Shown piece after piece: positions 39,385-49,583 of a DNA stretch of 64,000 bases (position 1 is the first letter of the stretch; each line of letters starts with the position of its first letter). Origin of the DNA: an uncultured Thiomicrospira sp. (GTDB taxonomy: Bacteria > Pseudomonadota > Gammaproteobacteria > CAKMZV01). The stretch spans positions 736,001-800,000 of the forward strand of contig OZ239628.1 in NCBI GenBank assembly GCA_965195345.1, written 5' to 3'. The notes beneath the pieces are model-generated. The model was not told where the DNA came from and made no database searches. It saw nothing but the letters and a program-made list of their open reading frames with translations. Made by a program: the position numbers and the translations under genes.

Positions 39385-42300
39385 ATGGGATATATAAAGC
39401 GCTGGGCATTTCTGTTGCTGTTTGTTTTTCTGTCTGCCTGCGGTGGCGGTGGTGGTACAACACCTCCATCTACTAATACAGCACCAAGTTTAAGTCTCTC
39501 TGTCAATGCCGTAACGCTTGATGAAGATTTTGGTACCTTTATCATCAACACCACAGCAACCGATGCAGAAGATGGCGATCTTCCCGTTGCAGTGACTGGA
39601 CAAGATGCCAGTCTATTCGCCGTAACCACTTCTACCAATCAGATAATACTCACCTCCGTAGCTAATGCCAATGGCATAGCTACGCTTACAGTAAGCATTG
39701 TTGATAGTGGAAATCTCTCCGCTTCCACCGAAGTGGTGGTGATTGTCAATGCCGTCAATGATACGCCCACACTTACCTTTTCAACCACTCAATTTAATCT
39801 AAATGCAAACTTTACCCCGCAAACAATAGCAACAGCAACAGACGTTGATGATGCTTCCTTGCTCCTAACCTTTGCACTCTCTGCAACCGATGTAGTACAA
39901 ATAACGACGGTTGCTAATCGGTTTATATTAAATCCTATCACTAATGCTTTTGGCGAGACAACCATCACTTTAACAGCAACTGATAACAGCGGTAATCAGT
40001 CATCTCAAATTTTCACAGTGCGCGTTAACGGATTCCCTACATTAGCCTTATCAACGCAGCGTATCACTTTAGATGAAGACTTTGGCACTTTCGTCATCAA
40101 CATCACTGCAAGTGATGCAGAAGATGGCGTGCTTCCCGTTGCAGTGACTGGACAAGATGCCAGCCTATTCGCCGTAACCACTTCTACCAATCAGATAATA
40201 CTCACCTCCGTAGCTAATGCCAACGGAACAGCCACCCTTACTGTAAGCGCTAACGATAGTGAGAACCTCTCAGTCTCCACCGAAGTGGTGGTGATTGTCA
40301 ATGCCATTAATGATACGCCCACACTTACCTTTTCAACCACTCAATTTAGTCTAAATGCAAATTTCATGCCTCAGACAATAGCAACAGCAACAGACGTTGA
40401 TGATGCTTCCTTGCTCCTAACCTTTGCACTATCTGCAACCGATGTAGTACAAATAACGACGGTTGCTAATCGGTTTATATTAAATCCTATCACTAATGCT
40501 TTTGGCGAGACAACCATCACTCTAACAGCAACTGATAACAGCGGTAATCAGTCATCTCAAATTTTCACAGTGCGCGTTAACGGATTCCCTACATTAGCCT
40601 TATCAACGCAGCGTATCACTTTAGATGAAGACTTTGGCACCTTTATCATCAACACCACTGCCACCGATGTAGAAGATGGAGTGCTTCCCGTTGCAGTGAT
40701 TGGACAAGATGCCAGTCTATTCGCCGTAACCACTTCTACCGATCAGATTATGCTTACCTCCGTTGCCAATGCCAACGGAACAGTCACGCTTACAGTAAGC
40801 ATTGTTGATAGTGGAAATCTCTCCGCTTCCACCGAAGTGGTGGTGATTGTCAACGCCGTCAATGATACGCCCACACTTACCTTTTCAACCACTCAACTTA
40901 GTCTAAATGCAAATTTCATGCCTCAGACAATAGCAACAGCAACAGACGTTGATGATGCTTCCTTGCTCCTAACCTTTGCACTATCAGCAACCGATGTAGT
41001 ACAAATAACGACTGTTGCTAATCAGTTTATATTAAATCCTATCACTAATGCTTTTGGCGACACAACTATCACCCTAGCAGTATCTGATGCTGGTGTACGC
41101 TCTTCTTCTCAAGTTTTCACAGTGCGCGTTAACGCACCCACCGCATCGACAACACCTACGTTAGCTTTATCAACGCAGAATATCACTTTAGATGAAGACT
41201 TTGGTACTTTTATTATCAACACCACTGCCACCGATGCAGAAGATGGGACACTGTCAGTAACTGTATCTGGACAGGCTGGCTTATTAACCACTAATGCTAC
41301 TACTGATCAAATTACGCTCACTTCCGTTGCCAATGCTAATGGAACAGTTACGCTCAACGTACTTGCTGTTGACAGTGGTGGTCTTGCAGCCTCCACCGAA
41401 GTGGTGGTGATTATCAATGCCGTCAATGATAGTCCTACATTGACGCTATCAACAACTAACCTCAGCCTCAGTGAAGATTTTGGCACTTTCATCATCAACA
41501 CCACTGCAAGTGATGCAGAAGACGGAGCGTTATTAGTGATCGTATCTGGACAGGCTGGTTTACTAACCACTAATGCTACTACTGATCAAATTACGCTCAC
41601 TTCCGTTGCTAATGCCAACGGAACAACCACACTCACTGTAAGTGCCACCGATAGTGACGCTATTACAGTCTCCACCGAAGTGGTTGTTGTTGTCAATGCC
41701 GTCAATGATAGTCCTACATTGACGCTATCAACAACTAACCTTAGCCTCAGTGAAGACTTCGGCACTTTCATCATCAACACGACAGCAAGTGATGCAGAAG
41801 ATGGTGTGTTGTCTTTTACGGTATCTGGTCAAGATGCAAGTCTATTAACAGTTAGCACCTCTACCAACCAGATAATACTCACTTCCGTTGCTAATGCCAA
41901 CGGAACAACCACACTCACTGTAAGTGCTACCAATAGTGACACTATTACAGTTACCACCGAAGTGGCTATCACCATCAACGCCATCAACGATACTCCGACA
42001 TTGACTCTTGCTACAACAAATATTACCATCGTTGAAAATGCCACTGCTCGTCAAACCATTTCCATCACCAATGTAGCGGATGTTGAGGGAAGCACACTTA
42101 CTTTTTCAGTCATTGCCTCCACTTCTGTGTTTAGTAGTAATCCTACATCTGTAGTCTCCTTCTCAGACACAAGAATGATAACCTTCAGTAGACAAAGTAC
42201 TACAGCTCAACTCTATTACACTCTACGACCTGACAGCACAGGTACTGGCTTCATTCAAATCGCTCTCACAGATGGCATAGACACACAGTTTACAACTGTT

Positions 42301-45300
42301 ACCGTGACTGTGACAGAAGTTAAAAATCCGCCCCAAATCACCCAAGACTTTAGAACACATCGCTTCTTTGATGCGCGTGCAACACGTGTAGGCGCTGTTG
42401 GAGGTGTCTTATTTGCAGCACGAGGTGTATTTACAGAATCGACTGCAACAACCTCTACAGATGGTACGGGGAATTTTGGCAATCAATTAAACTTTGCCCG
42501 TTCCTTAGGGGGGAGTTTAGCCGAACTGTACACTGAGGAAACATATAACGCTTTATTGGGTTCTGTTTTGGTTGCCAATGGCGCTGCAACAGAAGGTCTT
42601 AATGATGATCGTTTTTGGCTTGGATTGACCGATATGCCTGACTCTTTTGGAGTCACCGTAGCAGATCAATCTTCGACAGATAACCGTTATTTTTGGTTAT
42701 CTGGTCAGCGAGTATCGCAAGGATCAGGTGGTACTCGTATAGACGTTCCAGGAGTATACATAGGCTGGGGGGCATCTGCTCCGGGTAATCAGGGTTGTGC
42801 TAATCTGATTATTGCTGACGACGTATCTGTAGCGCTCAGACCTTGGTCAAGTAATACATGCTTTGGAAATGTTTTTGACGCTATAAAAGCGTTGATGCAG
42901 TTTCCAAATGGCTTACCCACTACTTCTTCAATGCTTGTTCAAGCGAGGTTCCCCATCACACGCATTCGCTTAAGTGGTTATGATCTTGATGGTTCAGATA
43001 ATACATTGTCTTGGCAAGTTACCAATGCATCTGGCGGTAGCATCACTACTTCCACAGTTTATAGTAGTACTGGTGCACAAACCTTAGAGATTGCTTACAC
43101 CCCTGTGAGCAGTTTTGCAGGCACTGCAACCCTTGTTGTAAGCTTAGATGATGGCGATAGTGCTACACAAAATAGTACTGCCCGTGTATTAGTGGTTAAT
43201 AGTACACCGATCCTAATACTCTCAACCAATACTATTAGCTTAGATGAAGACTTTATCAGCTTCATCATTAACACCACTGCAACCGATGCAGCAGGGATAA
43301 CCGGCTTTAGTGTTAGCACAGGAAATGGCGTTGTTGATGTAACCACCTCTGCTAATGCAATTACGCTGCAATCACTTGCGAATATAAGTGGTACTGTAAC
43401 CTTAACAGTCGTTGCGGATAGTGGTCTTTTGGCAAATACACAGACGATTAGCGTTGTGGTTAATCCAGTCAACGACACTCCCACGCTGTCTTTATCTGTG
43501 ACGCAAAGGGCGCTTGCTCAAGATTTTGGCACTTTTGTTATCAACACCACTGCAACCGATGTGGAATCAGGCCCATTGGGCTTTAGTGTCAGTACAGGTA
43601 ATGGTATTGTCAATGTGACAACCTCTGTCAATACGATTACTCTGCAATCACTCGCTAATGTCATAGGCAATGTGACGTTAACGGTTAGCGTAAGCGATGG
43701 ACTATTGACGACGACACAGTCGATTTTTATAACTGTTAGTAGGGTGTTTACGCTTGAAGTATCGACAAACACTATCGTTTTAGATGAAGATTTTAATACC
43801 TTTATCATTAACACCACTGCAACGGCTGCAGATGGGACTATATTACCTATTTCAGTATTGCAGAGCACGCCTAATTTACTTACATTCAATGCCACAACTG
43901 GGCGTATTACCCTCTCATCTATTGCGAATGTGAATGGTGTAACGACCCTTACCGTCAGTGCAACCAATCAAGGTGGATTAACGAACACGACAGAAGTAGC
44001 CATTACCATTAATTCCATTAATGATACTCCAACGCTCAGTTTATCAAATACAAACTTAATCTTGGCATCTAATAGCACTGGTTTGATAACTGCCTTTGTC
44101 ACGGATGTGGAAACAAGCAGTGCCTCATTGACCTTTTCGGTACAACAAAATCCATCTTTGTTACAGGTGAGTACACAAGGCAATGTCATCGTGCTGAGAT
44201 CGAATGCTACTGCAGGCTCAACCACTTTAGTGATAACTGTTACTGATGGCGATGGTTTAAGCACTTCAGCAACCGCTCGAGTTACTGTTCTATCAAATGT
44301 TTTGAATATTGCTTTAAATGTTAAGCGCATTGATTTTTCTTGGAGCACACTTCCTACAGCAAATCATTACCGCATGCTTAGCAATGTCGATTTGAATGCT
44401 GGTGGAGGTTTTGTTGATGCCAGTAGCGCAAGCTTAGTTTTTATACCGAATAGTACGAATATTATCAATACTACAGTCTCTGCGATAGTGGATGTAGCAC
44501 GCTATCTTTCTACGGCTAATGGACCACAGTACCTGCTAGAAGCTTGTAGTAGTGTGGACAACTCCGTTTGTTCTAATCTTGCGCAACAAACTTTGAGCAA
44601 TGCCCAGTTAGAAGGGCTGATTGGTTATTTCAAAGCATCTAATACAGATATTGATGATAGGTTTGGTCGTAATGTAGCAATAAGCGGTGATGGCAACACA
44701 TTAGTTGTCGGTGCACCACTTGAGGACAGCACTGCCACTGGCATCAACGGCGATCAATTAGACAATTCTGCAAGTAACTCTGGTGCAGCCTATGTTTTCG
44801 TGCGCAGTAGTACGGGCAGCTGGCGTCAACAAGCATACATTAAAGCCTCTAATACTGGAAGTTTTGACCAGTTTGGTGCAGCTGTATCGATAAGCGATAA
44901 TGGTAATACGCTAATTGTTGGTGCGTTTGGGGAGGACAGCACCGCCACGGGTATCAACGGCGATGAAGCAATTAATAGTGCAAGTGCCTCTGGTGCAGCT
45001 TATGTTTTTGTGCGCAGTAGTACGGCGGGCACATGGAGTCAACAAGCTTATCTCAAAGCATCTAATACAGGAGCTGGAGATAATTTTGGCCGAGGTGTTT
45101 CAATTAGTGGTGATGGTACTACGCTAATTGTTGGTGCACCTTTCGAAGACAGCACCGCCACGGGCATCAACGGCGATGAAGCAAGTAATGGGGCATCTGC
45201 ATCTGGTGCAGCTTATGTTTTTGTGCGCAGTAGTACAGATAGTACGTGGAGCCAACAGGTCTACCTTAAAGCATCAAACACAGGGGGAAATGATCAATTT

Positions 45301-46083
45301 GGTACAGCTGCATCAATAAGCAGTAATGGTAATACGATCATTGTTGGTGCACGTGGTGAAGGCAGCAGTGCTATGGGTATCAACGGTGATGAATCCAGCG
45401 ATACTGCTTTTCTTGCCGGTGCAGTCTATGTTTTTGTACGCAGTAGTACAGATTCATCATGGAGTCAACAAGCCTACCTTAAAGCATCAAATACAGATGG
45501 AGATGATCAATTTGGTGTAGCTGTATCAGTGAGTGATGATGGTAATACGCTTGTAGTAGGTGCATTATTTGAGGACAGCACTGCTACTGGCATTAATGGC
45601 AATCAAACAAGCAGTGGTGCAGATGGCTCTGGTGCAGCCTATCTTTTTGTGCGCAGCAGTACCGGCACGTGGAGTCAACAAGCCTACATCAAAGCCTCTA
45701 ATACAGGAGCTGATGATTCATTTGGTAATTATGTGTCAATAAGCGGTGATGGTAATACGTTTGTAGTCAGTGCACCGAATGAGGACAGTATTGCCACGGG
45801 TATAAACGGTGATCAAGGCAATGTGAGCATTCTTTCCAACTTCGGTGCAGCCTATCTCTTTGTGCGCAGCAGCACAGGCACATGGAGTCAACGAAGCTAT
45901 ATCAAAGCCTCAAATACTGATGCAAACACATTCGGCAGTATTTCATTTGGTAGTGCGTCGATAAGTGATGATGGTAAAACGCTTGCTGTCGGTGGATTTG
46001 GGGAAGGAAGTAGTGCCCGTGGTATCAATGGCGATCAAACAGACCTTAGTGCCTCTGGCTCTGGTGCAGTGTATTTATATTAG
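39385..46083 (+). CDS. Giant surface lipoprotein/adhesin 4 (2232 aa), with lectin-like domain
   Basis: Lipobox, three 552-bp units (39520/40072/40624), CTLD-like domain, 7 blades, GAVYLY. Confidence 0.9.
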   Translation: MGYIKRWAFLLLFVFLSACGGGGGTTPPSTNTAPSLSLSVNAVTLDEDFGTFIINTTATDAEDGDLPVAVTGQDASLFAVTTSTNQIILTSVANANGIATLTVSIVDSGNLSASTEVVVIVNAVNDTPTLTFSTTQFNLNANFTPQTIATATDVDDASLLLTFALSATDVVQITTVANRFILNPITNAFGETTITLTATDNSGNQSSQIFTVRVNGFPTLALSTQRITLDEDFGTFVINITASDAEDGVLPVAVTGQDASLFAVTTSTNQIILTSVANANGTATLTVSANDSENLSVSTEVVVIVNAINDTPTLTFSTTQFSLNANFMPQTIATATDVDDASLLLTFALSATDVVQITTVANRFILNPITNAFGETTITLTATDNSGNQSSQIFTVRVNGFPTLALSTQRITLDEDFGTFIINTTATDVEDGVLPVAVIGQDASLFAVTTSTDQIMLTSVANANGTVTLTVSIVDSGNLSASTEVVVIVNAVNDTPTLTFSTTQLSLNANFMPQTIATATDVDDASLLLTFALSATDVVQITTVANQFILNPITNAFGDTTITLAVSDAGVRSSSQVFTVRVNAPTASTTPTLALSTQNITLDEDFGTFIINTTATDAEDGTLSVTVSGQAGLLTTNATTDQITLTSVANANGTVTLNVLAVDSGGLAASTEVVVIINAVNDSPTLTLSTTNLSLSEDFGTFIINTTASDAEDGALLVIVSGQAGLLTTNATTDQITLTSVANANGTTTLTVSATDSDAITVSTEVVVVVNAVNDSPTLTLSTTNLSLSEDFGTFIINTTASDAEDGVLSFTVSGQDASLLTVSTSTNQIILTSVANANGTTTLTVSATNSDTITVTTEVAITINAINDTPTLTLATTNITIVENATARQTISITNVADVEGSTLTFSVIASTSVFSSNPTSVVSFSDTRMITFSRQSTTAQLYYTLRPDSTGTGFIQIALTDGIDTQFTTVTVTVTEVKNPPQITQDFRTHRFFDARATRVGAVGGVLFAARGVFTESTATTSTDGTGNFGNQLNFARSLGGSLAELYTEETYNALLGSVLVANGAATEGLNDDRFWLGLTDMPDSFGVTVADQSSTDNRYFWLSGQRVSQGSGGTRIDVPGVYIGWGASAPGNQGCANLIIADDVSVALRPWSSNTCFGNVFDAIKALMQFPNGLPTTSSMLVQARFPITRIRLSGYDLDGSDNTLSWQVTNASGGSITTSTVYSSTGAQTLEIAYTPVSSFAGTATLVVSLDDGDSATQNSTARVLVVNSTPILILSTNTISLDEDFISFIINTTATDAAGITGFSVSTGNGVVDVTTSANAITLQSLANISGTVTLTVVADSGLLANTQTISVVVNPVNDTPTLSLSVTQRALAQDFGTFVINTTATDVESGPLGFSVSTGNGIVNVTTSVNTITLQSLANVIGNVTLTVSVSDGLLTTTQSIFITVSRVFTLEVSTNTIVLDEDFNTFIINTTATAADGTILPISVLQSTPNLLTFNATTGRITLSSIANVNGVTTLTVSATNQGGLTNTTEVAITINSINDTPTLSLSNTNLILASNSTGLITAFVTDVETSSASLTFSVQQNPSLLQVSTQGNVIVLRSNATAGSTTLVITVTDGDGLSTSATARVTVLSNVLNIALNVKRIDFSWSTLPTANHYRMLSNVDLNAGGGFVDASSASLVFIPNSTNIINTTVSAIVDVARYLSTANGPQYLLEACSSVDNSVCSNLAQQTLSNAQLEGLIGYFKASNTDIDDRFGRNVAISGDGNTLVVGAPLEDSTATGINGDQLDNSASNSGAAYVFVRSSTGSWRQQAYIKASNTGSFDQFGAAVSISDNGNTLIVGAFGEDSTATGINGDEAINSASASGAAYVFVRSSTAGTWSQQAYLKASNTGAGDNFGRGVSISGDGTTLIVGAPFEDSTATGINGDEASNGASASGAAYVFVRSSTDSTWSQQVYLKASNTGGNDQFGTAASISSNGNTIIVGARGEGSSAMGINGDESSDTAFLAGAVYVFVRSSTDSSWSQQAYLKASNTDGDDQFGVAVSVSDDGNTLVVGALFEDSTATGINGNQTSSGADGSGAAYLFVRSSTGTWSQQAYIKASNTGADDSFGNYVSISGDGNTFVVSAPNEDSIATGINGDQGNVSILSNFGAAYLFVRSSTGTWSQRSYIKASNTDANTFGSISFGSASISDDGKTLAVGGFGEGSSARGINGDQTDLSASGSGAVYLY

Positions 46084-46343
46084 AATTTAAATAGCTAAAG
46101 GGCAACTAAATTTGCTTGAATTTGCTTGATTGACCCTACCACTATGTATTCATCAGGCAGACAGGAAGGCAGCTTTTCTGCTTAACGTTTATTGCTTTAA
46201 ATGTTATAAACATGCTTGTATGTTTTCTCATGCTTTAATTTATAATAAATCAAGTTGTCACAGTGCATAATATGAGCTTCTATGTCATGCATAAACTGTA
46301 GTGAAATTTTAATTACATAATTAAGCACATAAGGTGAATTGAT
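46084..46343 (+). repeat. Conserved inter-adhesin spacer, copy d
   Basis: Same blocks, plus a 10-bp duplication AATTTGCTTG; TATAAT at 46241. Confidence 0.9.
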
Positions 46344-49337
46344 ATGGGATACATAAAGCGCTGGGCATTTCTGTTGCTGTTTGTTTTTCTGTCTGCCTGC
46401 GGTGGCGGTGGTGGTACAACACCTCCATCTACTAATACAGCACCAAGTTTAAGTCTCTCTGTCAATGCCGTAACGCTTGATGAAGATTTTGGTACCTTTA
46501 TCATCAACACCACAGCAACCGATGCAGAAGATGGCGATCTTCCCGTTGCAGTGACTGGACAAGATGCCAGTCTATTCGCCGTAACCACTTCTACCAATCA
46601 GATTATGCTTACCTCCGTTGCTAATGCCAACGGCATAGCTACACTTACAGTAAGTATTGTTGATAGTGGAAATCTCTCCGCTTCCACCGAAGTGGTGGTG
46701 GTTGTCAATGCCGTCAATGATACGCCCACACTTACCTTTTCAACCACTCAATTTAGTCTAAATGCAAATTTCATGCCTCAGACAATAGCAACAGCAACAG
46801 ACGTTGATGATGCTTCCTTACTCCTAACCTTTGCACTATCTGCAACCGATGTGGTACAAATAACGACGGTTGCTAATCGGTTTATATTAAATCCTATCAC
46901 TAATGCTTTTGGCGAGACAACCATCACTCTAACAGCAACTGATAACAGCGGTAATCAGTCATCTCAAATTTTCACAGTGCGCGTTAACGGATTCCCTACA
47001 TTAGCCTTATCAACGCAGCGTGTCACTTTAGATGAAGACTTTGGTGCCTTTATCATCAACACCACTGCCACCGATGCAGAAGATGGCGTGCTTCCCGTTG
47101 CAGTGACTGGACAAGATGCCAGTCTATTCGCCGTAACCACTTCTACCGATCAGATTATGCTTACCTCCGTTGCCAATGCCAACGGAACAGTCACGCTTAC
47201 AGTAAGCATTGTTGATAGTGGAAATCTCTCCGCTTCCACCGAAGTGGTGGTGGTTGTCAATGCCGTCAATGATACGCCAACGTTAAGTTTATCAAGTACA
47301 AACTTAACCTTATTGCCCAATAGTACTGGTAGGATAACTGCCTTTGTCACGGATGTGGAAACAAGTAGTGCCTCATTGACCTTTTCGGTACAACAAAATC
47401 CATCTTTGTTACAGGTGAGCACACCAGGCAATGTCATCGTGCTGAGATCGAATGCTACTACAGGCTCAACCACTTTAGTGATAACCGTTACTGATGGCGA
47501 TGGTTTAAGCACTTCAGCAACCGCTCAAGTTACTGTTAGAATTGGTGTTTTGAATATTGCTTTAAATGTTAAGCGCATTGATTTTTCTTGGGAAAACTTC
47601 CCTGCAGCAAATCATTACCGCATGCTCAGTAATGTCGATTTAAACACTGGTGGTGGTTTTGTTGATGCCAGTAGCGCAAGCTTAGTTTTTATACCGAATA
47701 GCACGAATATTATCAATACCACAGTCTCTGCGATAGTGGATGTAGCAGGCTATCTTTCTGCGGCTAATGGGCCACAGTATCTGCTACAAGCTTGTACCAG
47801 TGTGGACAACTCCGTTTGTTCTGATCTTGCGGAACAAACTCTGAGCAATGCCCAGTTAGAGGGGGTGATTGGTTATTTCAAAGCATTAAACACAGGGGAA
47901 AATGATCAATTTGGCACGGCTGTAGCAATAAGCGGTGATGGCAACACATTAGTTGTCGGTGCACCATTTGAAGACAGTACTGCCACCGGAATAAATGGCG
48001 ATCAAACAAACAATGGTGCAAGTAATGCTGGTGCAGTCTATGTATTTGTGCGCAACAGTGCAGGCAGCTGGCGTCAACAAGCCTACGTCAAAGCCTCTAA
48101 TACAGAAGCCAATGATCGGTTTGGTACAGCTGTATCGATAAGCGATAATGGTAATACGCTAATTGTTGGTGCATTTGGGGAGGACAGCACCTCCACGGGC
48201 ATCAACGGCAATGAGACAAGTAATGGAGCATCTGGCTCTGGTGCAGCCTATGTTTTTGTGCGCAGTAGTACGGCGGGCACATGGAGTCAACAAGCCTATC
48301 TCAAAGCATCTAATACAGGAGCTGGAGATGATTTTGGCCGAGACGTTTCAATTAGTGGTGATGGTAATACGCTAATTGTTGGTGCACCTTTCGAAGACAG
48401 CACCGCCACGGGCATCAACGGCGATGAGGCAATTAATAGTGCAAGTGGCTCTGGTGCAGCTTATGTTTTTGTGCGCAGTAGTACAGATTCATCATGGAGC
48501 CAACAGGTCTACCTTAAAGCATCAAACACAGGGGGAAATGATCAATTTGGTACAGTTGCATCAATAAGCAGTAATGGTAATACGATAGTTGTTGGTGCAC
48601 GTTTGGAAGCCAGCACTGCCACGGGCATCAACGGCAATGAAACAAGTAATGGAGCACCTGGCTCTGGTGCAGCCTATGTTTTTGTGCGTAGTAGTACAGA
48701 TTCATCATGGAGTCAACAAGCCTACCTTAAAGCATCAAATACAGATCAAGATGATCGATTTGGTACAGCTGTATCGGCGAGTGATGATGGTAATACGCTT
48801 ATAGTCGGTGCATTACTTGAGGACAGCACTGCTACTGGCATTAATGGTAATCAAACAAGCAATGGTGCAAGTAACTCTGGTGCAGCCTATGTTTTTGTGC
48901 GTAGTAGTACAGATTCATCATGGAGTCAACAAGCCTACCTTAAAGCATCAAACACAGATGCAAATGATACATTTGGTAATTATGTGGCAATAAGCGGTGC
49001 TGGTAATACCCTTATAGTCAGTGCGCCGAATGAGGACAGTAATGCCACGGGTATAAACGGCGATCAATCAATAAATGTGAGCAGTCCGCCTGACTTAGGT
49101 GCAGCCTATCTCTTTGTGCGCAGTAGCACGGGTACATGGAGTCAACAAGCCTACATCAAAGCCTCAAATAATGATACAAACACATCCGGCAATAATTTAT
49201 TTGGTAGTGCATCGATAAGTGATGATGGTAAAACGCTTGCTGTCGGTGCACCATTTGAGGACAGCGCCGCCACCGGAATAAATGGTGATCAAACAGACAA
49301 TAGTCTAAATAATGCTGGTGCAGTGTATTTATATTAG
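46344..49337 (+). CDS. Surface lipoprotein/adhesin 5 (997 aa): short stalk, no lectin-like domain
   Basis: Lipobox, about 4 stalk repeats, FN3-like domain, 7 blades. Confidence 0.9.
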   Translation: MGYIKRWAFLLLFVFLSACGGGGGTTPPSTNTAPSLSLSVNAVTLDEDFGTFIINTTATDAEDGDLPVAVTGQDASLFAVTTSTNQIMLTSVANANGIATLTVSIVDSGNLSASTEVVVVVNAVNDTPTLTFSTTQFSLNANFMPQTIATATDVDDASLLLTFALSATDVVQITTVANRFILNPITNAFGETTITLTATDNSGNQSSQIFTVRVNGFPTLALSTQRVTLDEDFGAFIINTTATDAEDGVLPVAVTGQDASLFAVTTSTDQIMLTSVANANGTVTLTVSIVDSGNLSASTEVVVVVNAVNDTPTLSLSSTNLTLLPNSTGRITAFVTDVETSSASLTFSVQQNPSLLQVSTPGNVIVLRSNATTGSTTLVITVTDGDGLSTSATAQVTVRIGVLNIALNVKRIDFSWENFPAANHYRMLSNVDLNTGGGFVDASSASLVFIPNSTNIINTTVSAIVDVAGYLSAANGPQYLLQACTSVDNSVCSDLAEQTLSNAQLEGVIGYFKALNTGENDQFGTAVAISGDGNTLVVGAPFEDSTATGINGDQTNNGASNAGAVYVFVRNSAGSWRQQAYVKASNTEANDRFGTAVSISDNGNTLIVGAFGEDSTSTGINGNETSNGASGSGAAYVFVRSSTAGTWSQQAYLKASNTGAGDDFGRDVSISGDGNTLIVGAPFEDSTATGINGDEAINSASGSGAAYVFVRSSTDSSWSQQVYLKASNTGGNDQFGTVASISSNGNTIVVGARLEASTATGINGNETSNGAPGSGAAYVFVRSSTDSSWSQQAYLKASNTDQDDRFGTAVSASDDGNTLIVGALLEDSTATGINGNQTSNGASNSGAAYVFVRSSTDSSWSQQAYLKASNTDANDTFGNYVAISGAGNTLIVSAPNEDSNATGINGDQSINVSSPPDLGAAYLFVRSSTGTWSQQAYIKASNNDTNTSGNNLFGSASISDDGKTLAVGAPFEDSAATGINGDQTDNSLNNAGAVYLY

Positions 49338-49583
49338 AATTTAAATAGCTAAAAGGCAACTAAAGTTGTTTGATTAATCCTACCATTATGTATTCATCAG
49401 AAGGGCAGACAGCTTTTCTGCTTAACGTTTATTGCTGTAAATGTTATAAAATATTTGCATACTTCCTCATGCTTTAATTTATAATGAATAGGATTGCTAG
49501 ATTGTAGGCATACTGCTTTTATCAAACACATAAGCTGTTGCGATAATTGTGATTTCATAGTTAAAAATAAAATATAGGACTAA
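49338..49583 (+). repeat. Inter-adhesin spacer, copy e (divergent 3' half)
   Basis: 5' blocks conserved; TATAAT at 49480; leader and SD (AGGA) differ. Confidence 0.85.
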